Shown: piece by piece, positions 14,993 to 22,218 of the stretch
Numbering within the stretch: position 1 is the first letter of the stretch
How the letters are laid out: every line of letters begins with the position of its first letter
DNA from: Candidatus Lokiarchaeum ossiferum
GTDB taxonomy: Archaea > Asgardarchaeota > Lokiarchaeia > Sigyniarchaeales > Promethearchaeaceae
Reading direction: 5' to 3'
Length of the DNA stretch: 32,000 nt
Assembly (NCBI GenBank): GCA_025839675.1
Contig: CP104013.1
Location: 780,001 to 812,000 of the forward strand
Translations under genes and position numbers: made by a program
Notes under the pieces: generated by a model
Told to the model about the DNA's origin: nothing
Seen by the model: the letters and a program-made list of their open reading frames with translations, nothing else
Databases searched by the model: none

Positions 14993-16402
14993 ATGAACCA
15001 CACACAATTAGATCACCATTATACCCGGCCATTAACAAGCTGGGAACGCATGTTAAATTTGTCACCTTATTCTATTGTATCAATGGTTGCACGAATTAAT
15101 GGAAAAGTTACAGAAGAGATGGTCAACAATGCAGTCAAGAAAGTTCAGCAACGACACACACTTTTGAGAACAAAAATTTTGATTGATAAAAAGAATACTC
15201 CATGGTTTTCTTCTAAGGATGTTGAAGATATTCCTATTGAAGTAATTGATCGATCGAATGATGAAACTTGGATTAAAGTTTATGATGATGCCTGTAGATT
15301 TCCATTTGATTTTGATAAACGCCCTGCAATTAGATTTTACTTGTTAAAGTCTGAAGATGTGTCGGATTTATTAATATTTTGTCATCATATTATATGTGAT
15401 GGCATATCTTTAGCATATCTCGCAAGAGATTTAATGGAATGTTTAGGAAATCCAACATCCGATTTATCAATCTTACCAGATCCAATACCTCTCACTAAGG
15501 AAAATATCCCAGAAGATCAACAATTGAGTGGGTTTATTCAAAAAATCATGACAAAAATCAACTTGAAATGGGAAGCAGAAAAAATTGGTTTTGATCAAGA
15601 AGACTATCTAAATGTCCATAAAGTTTACTGGGAAAACTACCACCACAAATCAATTTCCATTGAACTTGATGAAGCACAGACAGCATTACTCATTAAAAAG
15701 TGTAAACAAGAAAACGTATCCGTAAATTCAGCCTTAAGTGCAGCTTTTATTGGAGCTCAAAGTAATTATAAAGAATTAAAATCTGGATTATCTATAACCG
15801 GAGTGGGAGTAAATTTGCGAAATAAGCTCACCCCTCCAGAGGGTGAAGGAATGGGCTTTTACGCTGGAGCAGTGAATATCAAATTTAAATATAATTCAAA
15901 GAAAAATTTTTGGGAAAATGCTCGTACATTTCATAAAACTGCTAAAAAAATGTATACCACCAAAAATTTCTTTAAAGATCCTAAAACTTTTGCAGTTCTG
16001 GAACCAAGTTTGATGGAAGCACGCCATATGAAATTATTAGGAGGATTAGTTCCTGCGGATTTTTCAAGATATGAGAAATTATCAGATTTCCACAAGCGTG
16101 AAGACACGCTCCAAAAACTCTTAAAACGGAGTAAAGCGGACACTCTAGACAAGATAGTAATGGGAACAGCAGTCACTAATCTCACTCGATTGAATTTTCC
16201 TCAAAAATATGGAGATTTGGAGTTAGATCGTTTAATAATGCAACCAGGTGGGGCTTTCCCTTTAGCAACAGTTAATCTCGTTATTGGAGTTGTAACTTGT
16301 TCTAATAAGATGAGTATATTATTGGAATTTGCAGAGGAGCAACTAGCCACAAAAATCGCTCTAGATATTAAAAAAATGGCTTTGAAGAATCTATTAGCAT
16401 GA
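14993..16402 (+). CDS. Stand-alone condensation-domain (NRPS C-domain / PapA5-like acyltransferase) protein
   Basis: The HHxxxDG active-site motif (CHHIICDGIS) lies at ~aa 131-137. The N-terminal RPLTSWERM...VQQRHTLLRTKI is typical of C domains. The ~470 aa length fits one C domain. GAGG lies about 10 nt upstream of the ATG. Confidence 0.7.
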   Translation: MNHTQLDHHYTRPLTSWERMLNLSPYSIVSMVARINGKVTEEMVNNAVKKVQQRHTLLRTKILIDKKNTPWFSSKDVEDIPIEVIDRSNDETWIKVYDDACRFPFDFDKRPAIRFYLLKSEDVSDLLIFCHHIICDGISLAYLARDLMECLGNPTSDLSILPDPIPLTKENIPEDQQLSGFIQKIMTKINLKWEAEKIGFDQEDYLNVHKVYWENYHHKSISIELDEAQTALLIKKCKQENVSVNSALSAAFIGAQSNYKELKSGLSITGVGVNLRNKLTPPEGEGMGFYAGAVNIKFKYNSKKNFWENARTFHKTAKKMYTTKNFFKDPKTFAVLEPSLMEARHMKLLGGLVPADFSRYEKLSDFHKREDTLQKLLKRSKADTLDKIVMGTAVTNLTRLNFPQKYGDLELDRLIMQPGGAFPLATVNLVIGVVTCSNKMSILLEFAEEQLATKIALDIKKMALKNLLA

Positions 16403-16490
16403 AATTTTTTTTTCCAATTTTTGGCTTTGAGGATATGATGATTCCCGAAATTAACAAAGAAATCAAAAAAAATAGCGGAAAAGGCTAAAA

Positions 16491-17357
16491 TTAGTCCATT
16501 TTTCCACGTTTCTTATTTATATCTGAGTCTTCTAATTCGAATATCTCTTCAATAATTACACCTAAGATTTTAGCCAGTTGCATCGCTAATGTTAATGAGG
16601 GTACATATTTTCCTTGTTCAAGATAAATAATGGTTTGGCGAGTCACATTGCATTTGTCCGCAAGTTCTGCTTGTGTTAAATTTTTTTTTTTCCGTAATTC
16701 TTTAATTTTTGATTTCATTTTACCACTTTCCTGCAATTTTGACAGCACGTAGGCAATGAATTGATCAAAAGCGAGATTGTTATTTTCAAAAACAATTCCG
16801 CCATATTTGGAGGTGTTCTCCGAGATCTTTTCAACAATATCATGAACAGAAGTTTTCTCTGTTATTGCTCTTACCATTTCTTCAGGATTTTTCAACCCCA
16901 TTAGCCTTCCTTCTGAAGTTTGAGCGGAAGAGCCAGCAGTTTCGATTTGAATCCTATAAAACCCGAGCATTTTTTCTAAAAACGATTGAACGAGGTTTAC
17001 ATTCTGGATTCTTTCATAATCAATTCGAGCTAAATGACTAGTAAAAACACCTCGCTTGACAAACAATTTTTTTTCTCCTAAAACCCACCAATGATTTTCG
17101 ACAAATTTTCTATTATACCATTTCATAAATGGGTAAAAGGGAAGGGTAATTCCAATGTAAGTTATTGGTAAACTTAGGATGGTCCATAAAATTGCCCCTT
17201 CGGTCAGAGTAAGGAAGAAAATATAGGAAAATACGCAAGCCCATATAAAAAGGGCCCACCATATACTTATAAAAAGCCATTTTTTCATTAAAAAATCAGG
17301 ATACATTGGATCAGGTCGATTTTTCTGTGTTTCATCTAAAATTGGATTTGTTATCAT
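16491..17357 (-). CDS. Membrane-anchored regulator: 2 TM helices, a bPH (YdbS/YdbT-type, PF03703-like) domain and a C-terminal XRE-family HTH
   Basis: A TM hairpin (WLFISIWWALFIWACVF / LWTILSLPITYIGITLPF) is followed by WWVLGEKKLFVKRGVFTSHLARIDYERIQNVNLVQSFLEKMLGFYRIQIETAGS (bPH). The C-terminal IKELRKKKNLTQAELADKCNVTRQTIIYLEQGKYVPSLTLAMQLAKILG is an XRE HTH. ATG17357 is preferred over the track's TTG17390. Confidence 0.75.
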   Translation of the reverse strand: MITNPILDETQKNRPDPMYPDFLMKKWLFISIWWALFIWACVFSYIFFLTLTEGAILWTILSLPITYIGITLPFYPFMKWYNRKFVENHWWVLGEKKLFVKRGVFTSHLARIDYERIQNVNLVQSFLEKMLGFYRIQIETAGSSAQTSEGRLMGLKNPEEMVRAITEKTSVHDIVEKISENTSKYGGIVFENNNLAFDQFIAYVLSKLQESGKMKSKIKELRKKKNLTQAELADKCNVTRQTIIYLEQGKYVPSLTLAMQLAKILGVIIEEIFELEDSDINKKRGKMD

Positions 17358-17388
17358 TTTTTTTTCTCTTTTTTTTCTGAATTTTTGC

Positions 17389-17411
17389 AAAATGTAAGGT
17401 ATTTCTTACAT
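17389..17411. promoter_or_regulatory. Operator-like site 1: aaaatgtaag-gtattt-cttacat (perfect 7-6-7 palindrome)
   Basis: It lies 32-54 nt upstream of ATG17357 of the bPH-XRE gene. A 23-nt near-identical copy sits exactly 50 nt further upstream. Confidence 0.55.
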
Positions 17412-17438
17412 CAATCTAATTTAAAAACTTCGATTATA

Positions 17439-17461
17439 AAAATGTAAGGTATTTCTAACAT
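17439..17461. promoter_or_regulatory. Operator-like site 2: aaaatgtaag-gtattt-ctaacat (one mismatch in the palindrome)
   Basis: 22 of 23 nt are identical to site 1, with a start-to-start offset of exactly 50 nt. It overlaps a TATA-like ttataaaaa. Confidence 0.55.
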
Positions 17462-17552
17462 TTAGTTAAATTTTCAAAAAAGTTCCAGAATACCCAATAT
17501 GAATAACCACTAAAATTTCACTACTTTAGTTATCAAAGTAATATGATTTTAA

Positions 17553-18179
17553 TTAAAATGGTGATATTATATGTTTTTTCAAGCACTTTTTTAGTTCTAA
17601 GAAATTTGAAAAGCTGTTTTCAAAATGGGAATTGAGAAAACTGCTCTTAACAGCAAAAACTACATCTGCTTGCAAAGCTCCTTGTAAATCGGAATTTCCA
17701 TCTCCAATAAATATCACTTTCTTTTTCTGAGTTTGATAAAATTTAACTTGATCAGCTTTAAAATCTATGGAATCAGGATAATGTAAAGCGGGAAATTCAA
17801 GGTTAAATCTTTCATCTACTACTTTCGCGGATACAACAGGTAGATCAAGATTATTTTCCAATAACACTGATTTGATGATGAAATCCAAGCCAGCACTCAC
17901 AATTACGAATTCAATTCCTTCTGAAAGACTAAAGGAAACAAACTCAGCAAATCCAGATCGAATTGGAACTGATCCTAATGTTCTTAAAATAGTAGAGATA
18001 TCCGCTCGGATCATTCCAAATTGTTTTCGCATACATTCATGCAAGTCTATCTGCCCCTTACTTAAAAGGTCATCATACAATTCCCAATCCCCATCAGCAA
18101 ATTGCTCTAAGATAGGGACACACGTATCTTGAAGTGAAATGGTACCATCAAAATCACATAATATAATATAGTCTGACAT
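17553..18179 (-). CDS. HAD-IB family phosphatase (MtnX / phosphoserine-phosphatase-like)
   Basis: The DxDGT nucleophile motif follows the Met closely (MSDYIILCDFDGTIS), a later VSAGLD is present, and GDGNSD is motif IV. The overall pattern resembles B. subtilis MtnX. ATG18179 is preferred over TTG18215. Confidence 0.7.
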   Translation of the reverse strand: MSDYIILCDFDGTISLQDTCVPILEQFADGDWELYDDLLSKGQIDLHECMRKQFGMIRADISTILRTLGSVPIRSGFAEFVSFSLSEGIEFVIVSAGLDFIIKSVLLENNLDLPVVSAKVVDERFNLEFPALHYPDSIDFKADQVKFYQTQKKKVIFIGDGNSDLQGALQADVVFAVKSSFLNSHFENSFSNFLELKKCLKKHIISPF

Positions 18180-18316
18180 CAGCGATATTATCAATAATAT
18201 AACATTAAATTTCAATCATTCAATATCTAAAATGAAGCTAAATCCCTCAGTAACTTTACTGTGATCCTAAAAAACAATGAATTCTTAAGGTAGAATTAAG
18301 GAGAAGAAAGTGTTTT

Positions 18317-19903
18317 ATGACAAAACGAAGTATTTTTAATGATGTAATTGGACCCTTAACCCGAGGTCCATCCAGTTCTCATACTGGAGCATCCTATTTT
18401 ATTGGAACTATTTCTCGATATTTAATCGGGGATGAAATTGACTCCGTGGAGATATTTTTTGATGAGAATGGTTCATTTGGAAAAGTCTATAAATATCAGA
18501 ATTCCGAATTTGGTTTCATAGCAGGATTACTAAACATTTCGATGGATTCTCACGAATTTCTTGAAGTCAAAAGAATAGCTAGAAGCAAAAATATAGCAGT
18601 TCATTTTCAAACTAAACGTTTACCTGAGGCGAATCACCCAAACTACATGGAATTAAAACTTTCTTCAAGACATGGAGAGAAAATCGAGTTAACTGCACGA
18701 TCTACAGGTGGTGGAACTATTGCCATAGATAGTGTGAATGGATGGAAGACTTCCATTGATGGCCAAACCTATGATCTTCTAATAAGGTTTCCAACTGAAC
18801 AAGAAGCAGAGATAAGAAATTATCTTGATATCCAATCAAAAAAGCTGGGAATGAACATAATGAATTTTCAAAAGCAAAAAAAATCAGAAATCCAGCAAAA
18901 TGCACAATTTCTTCAAGTAAAATTAGATTACAAAACCCCTATAACTTGGATCACACACCTAACATCTCTTCCAAATGTAAAAATCTGGACTTCCGAGCCT
19001 ACATTCAAAGTTATGAAAGGAAGCCAAATATTTAACTCAGCGAAGAAAATGAGAGAATATGCCGAAGCAGAAAGTTTATCACTTGGAGAAGCTGCTCTTG
19101 AGTATGAAATGAATTTATTACAAACTTCCAAGGAGAATATATTGAAGGAAATGGAAAAGAGAGTCGTAATTATGTTGAAATCGGTAGAAGCAGGATTAGA
19201 ATCTAAAATTGCAGGAATGAAGACTTTAGATAGCTCCGCTTCCAAGTTAGCCAACCAAAGTAATAAAAACGCACTCTTCAGTAATTCTCATAACACCTTA
19301 GCAGCAATTCGTGCAATGGCAACTATGGAAATTGCATCTTCCGGAGGATATGTTTGTGCAGCTCCAACAGGAGGATCTTCAGGCGTTATTCCCGCAACGT
19401 TATACACCCTATACCATGATTTTAATATAAACTTGAAGGACTTGGTATATTGTGCCTTCGCAGCAGGAGGGGTAGGATTAATTCATGCCATTCGATCAAC
19501 CTTTGCCGCTGAGGTGGCAGGATGTCAAGTGGAAATTGGAATTGCTGGAGCGATGGCAGCTGCAGCAGTAGTTGAAGCCGCAAGTGGATCAGTTAATAAT
19601 GCTTTGGATGCTGCCGCCATTTGTCTACAAAATACAATGGGCTTAGTGTGCGACTTAGTTGCTGGATTTTGTGAAATACCCTGTCATACCCGAAATGCGG
19701 TAGCCGCATCAAATGCATTCGTTTGTTGCGATTTAGTACTAGGGGGGTATTCAAACCATATCACCCTCGATGATTCAATTGATGCTTCCGATAGCTCAGG
19801 AAAGATGTTACCCTCCGAATTGCGATGTACCGCATTAGGAGGTATTGCTATCACGCCTTCCGCCCAAAGATTATTTAAGAAAGAACCAGAAGATGATATA
19901 TAA
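18317..19903 (+). CDS. sdaA: L-serine dehydratase (ammonia-lyase), iron-sulfur dependent, with fused beta-alpha chain
   Basis: The N-terminal SIFNDVIGPLTRGPSSSHTGA is the beta-domain signature. The C-terminal alpha domain has CAAPTGGSSGVIPA, AEVAGCQVEIG and cluster Cys residues (LVCD, FCEIPCH). Confidence 0.85.
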   Translation: MTKRSIFNDVIGPLTRGPSSSHTGASYFIGTISRYLIGDEIDSVEIFFDENGSFGKVYKYQNSEFGFIAGLLNISMDSHEFLEVKRIARSKNIAVHFQTKRLPEANHPNYMELKLSSRHGEKIELTARSTGGGTIAIDSVNGWKTSIDGQTYDLLIRFPTEQEAEIRNYLDIQSKKLGMNIMNFQKQKKSEIQQNAQFLQVKLDYKTPITWITHLTSLPNVKIWTSEPTFKVMKGSQIFNSAKKMREYAEAESLSLGEAALEYEMNLLQTSKENILKEMEKRVVIMLKSVEAGLESKIAGMKTLDSSASKLANQSNKNALFSNSHNTLAAIRAMATMEIASSGGYVCAAPTGGSSGVIPATLYTLYHDFNINLKDLVYCAFAAGGVGLIHAIRSTFAAEVAGCQVEIGIAGAMAAAAVVEAASGSVNNALDAAAICLQNTMGLVCDLVAGFCEIPCHTRNAVAASNAFVCCDLVLGGYSNHITLDDSIDASDSSGKMLPSELRCTALGGIAITPSAQRLFKKEPEDDI

Positions 19904-20877
19904 TGGAAGGAAAAAATCTACTCTATCTCTCTCGATCGGACATTGAAAAGATCAACATTCCCATGTCCGAAATCATTTCAACATTGGAAAAAATGTTTTT
20001 TGAGAAGGGTCAAGGGAGAGTTGAGATGCCTCCAAAGCCAGGTATTCATTTTTCAGAGGATTCATATATCCATGCAATGCCCGCTTACATTCCAGCTTTC
20101 CAATCAGCAGGTATTAAATGGGTCTCAGCTTTCCCAGAAAACCATAAAAAAAACCTCCCCTTCATTTCTGGACTGTTAATTTTAAATGATGCTACAACCG
20201 GATTTCCGATAGCTGTGATGGATTGTACGTGGATAACAGCTATGAGAACCGGAGCCGCAACAGCCGTAGCAGCGAAATATTTAGCGAACCCCAACAGTTC
20301 TCAAGTCGGAATATTGGCTTGTGGAGTCCAAGGCCGAAGTAATTTAGAAGCCTTATCTTGCGTATTTAATATCAAGAAGGTAAACGTCTATGATATTTTT
20401 GCACAATCTGCCCAGAAATATGCCGATGAAATGGGAAAAAAACTCGATCTTCCTATAGAAGTCATGAAAGATCCGCGATCTGCGGTATTAGGCAGTGATA
20501 TCATAGTCACAAGCGGTCCCATTCTAAAAAATCCTCACCCAACTATAGAAAAAGGATGGATGAAGGAAGGAGCTTTTGGAAGTGCAGTTGATTTTGATTC
20601 TTATTGGACAGGAGAAGCATTAGGTGAAGTTGATGGATTATTTACAGACGACACCCATCAAATGGACTATTATCGTTCTTTAGGATATTTTACAAACACT
20701 CCCCCCGTCAGTGCTGATTTGGGAGAATTATGTGTAGGAACAAAAAGTGGAAGAACCAATGCATCAGACCGAATAATTACAATGAATTTAGGCTTAGCCC
20801 TGGAAGATATGGTCGTGGCATCACTAATTTATAAAAAAGCACAAAAACTTGAAGTCGGACACATTTTACCTCTATAA
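19903..20877 (+). CDS. Ornithine cyclodeaminase / mu-crystallin family NAD(P)-dependent enzyme (possibly an archaeal-type alanine dehydrogenase)
   Basis: WITAMRTGAATAVAAKYLA followed by a Rossmann VGILACGVQGRSNLEAL. The start overlaps the sdaA stop (TAATG). Confidence 0.8.
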   Translation: MEGKNLLYLSRSDIEKINIPMSEIISTLEKMFFEKGQGRVEMPPKPGIHFSEDSYIHAMPAYIPAFQSAGIKWVSAFPENHKKNLPFISGLLILNDATTGFPIAVMDCTWITAMRTGAATAVAAKYLANPNSSQVGILACGVQGRSNLEALSCVFNIKKVNVYDIFAQSAQKYADEMGKKLDLPIEVMKDPRSAVLGSDIIVTSGPILKNPHPTIEKGWMKEGAFGSAVDFDSYWTGEALGEVDGLFTDDTHQMDYYRSLGYFTNTPPVSADLGELCVGTKSGRTNASDRIITMNLGLALEDMVVASLIYKKAQKLEVGHILPL

Positions 20878-21044
20878 AACCCGATTATTTTTTGTTTAAT
20901 TTATGGTAATTTCGCTAAATTTACATTTTTCTTCAAGAGATGTTCTTTGATAGGAAAATGAAGCAAGGAAAATTTCAGAAAAAGATCAATTTTATAATAA
21001 AAAAAAAAAAATACAAGTATTTTTTTGCAAACCTTTAAATAAGG

Positions 21045-21084
21045 GTAAAAACATGTAATAATTGTATTACACGTAAAACATGTA
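21045..21084. promoter_or_regulatory. Operator-like cluster: direct repeat GTAAAA(A)CATGTA x2 flanking the 7-4-7 palindrome tgtaata-attg-tattaca
   Basis: The direct repeats are at 21045..21057 and 21073..21084. The palindrome arms are at 21054..21060 and 21065..21071. Hexamers acatgt/acacgt/acatgt start at 21051, 21069 and 21078. The cluster lies 15-54 nt upstream of ATG21099, with a TATA-like tttaaataa at 21034..21042. Confidence 0.5.
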
Positions 21085-21098
21085 TTTTGGTGAAATCA

Positions 21099-21566
21099 AT
21101 GTCTGAAGAACAGAATGAAAAATTGAAATCAATTTCAATACGCGGTGTGGATGCTGAAATCTACAATCAGTTTTCCAATAAAATAAAGATGATGGACATT
21201 AGCATGGGAGATGCAGTCTCAAAACTAATGCAAGAAGTTGTTGATACATATGATGACAAGTTTCCGGACTTTTCTGCAAAATCACTTCGATTAAGTAGTT
21301 TAGCTCAATTAAAAATAAGTCATCAAAACAAATTGATGATTGCAAATGAAGATTTAGAAGAAACAGGTAGAGCTTTCAAGATATCTCATTGTGAAAATGT
21401 TGAATTTGCGAGTGATGTTAGCAAAGAAACTTTCTTAGCACATGTTCTAAAAATAACTCATTGTGAAACAGTTAGGTTTCCAAAAACGCTCCCACGTTTG
21501 CTAATTCTATCAAAAGTTGCTTTTTGCGAGAATGTTGAATTTTATGATGTGAAAGAGGAGAATTAA
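21099..21566 (+). CDS. Hypothetical protein: RHH-like N-terminus plus four ~23-aa 'K-I-s-H-C-x-x-V-x-F' repeats (paralog A)
   Basis: SISIRGVDAEIYNQFSNKIKMMDISMGDAVSKLMQEVV has a strand-helix-helix pattern. The C-terminal repeats are KISHQNKLMI / KISHCENVEF / KITHCETVRF / KVAFCENVEF. The track ORF begins at TTG21087, but ATG21099 is more plausible. Confidence 0.6.
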   Translation: MSEEQNEKLKSISIRGVDAEIYNQFSNKIKMMDISMGDAVSKLMQEVVDTYDDKFPDFSAKSLRLSSLAQLKISHQNKLMIANEDLEETGRAFKISHCENVEFASDVSKETFLAHVLKITHCETVRFPKTLPRLLILSKVAFCENVEFYDVKEEN

Positions 21567-21567
21567 C

Positions 21568-22161
21568 ATGGAAATTCGAACTTACAATATGGATGAATTA
21601 GTGAAATCTGCGAAACAAGAATTGTCCCAGCTCGAATTAAATCAACAATTGGATGAAAATTCCCTGGCACAAATAACAACATTTTTGGAGAGTTATTTGC
21701 TAGTCCAAAACACACATCATTATAGCAATCGCCAATCCATGGGCATTGTAATTGATAAAGTTCCTGAAGAATTATTCCAAAAATATTCCCAGATCCTACA
21801 AAACTTGCATGTTTCATCTTCTGACATGATTAATATTCTCATGCAGCATGTTATTGAAAACGAAAGTGTAGAGAACATTTCTTCTGAATTGACAAATTAC
21901 TTTCCCCTCCCTCCTGAAGCAAAGATAAGTCATCTTAACGAAGTAATTGTTTCTGCAGAAGATCTGGAACAAATTTCTGGAAATATTGCTATCTCACATG
22001 TCGGACGAGTTGTTATCTCGGATGATGTCAAAGAAATTCCATTTTTACAAAAAATTTATAAAATCACACATTGCGACATGGTCAATCTCCCTGCTAGTTT
22101 TTCAAAGATCGGATGCTTGAGCAAAATTCGCTTTTGCAGTCAAATAGAATTCAGTGTCTAA
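21568..22161 (+). CDS. Hypothetical protein: N-terminal extension, RHH-like segment and four 'K-I-s-H-x-x-x-V' repeats (paralog B)
   Basis: MGIVIDKVPEELFQKYSQILQNLHVSSSDMINILMQHVIEN is followed by KISHLNEVIV / AISHVGRVVI / KITHCDMVNL / KIRFCSQIEF. The start lies 1 nt after the stop of paralog A. Confidence 0.6.
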   Translation: MEIRTYNMDELVKSAKQELSQLELNQQLDENSLAQITTFLESYLLVQNTHHYSNRQSMGIVIDKVPEELFQKYSQILQNLHVSSSDMINILMQHVIENESVENISSELTNYFPLPPEAKISHLNEVIVSAEDLEQISGNIAISHVGRVVISDDVKEIPFLQKIYKITHCDMVNLPASFSKIGCLSKIRFCSQIEFSV

Positions 22162-22218
22162 CGAAGTATCATTTTACTCACACTTTTTTTACAATTTCCT
22201 ATCTGGAGAAAAAAAATT

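Noticed and set aside
17872-20294. Internal or antisense track ORFs within the HAD, sdaA and OCD genes (17872..18132+, 18717..18905-, 18928..19254-, 19943..20179+, 20085..20294-)
   Set aside because: Each is nested in a longer, motif-supported gene in another frame or strand. There is no independent support for any of them.
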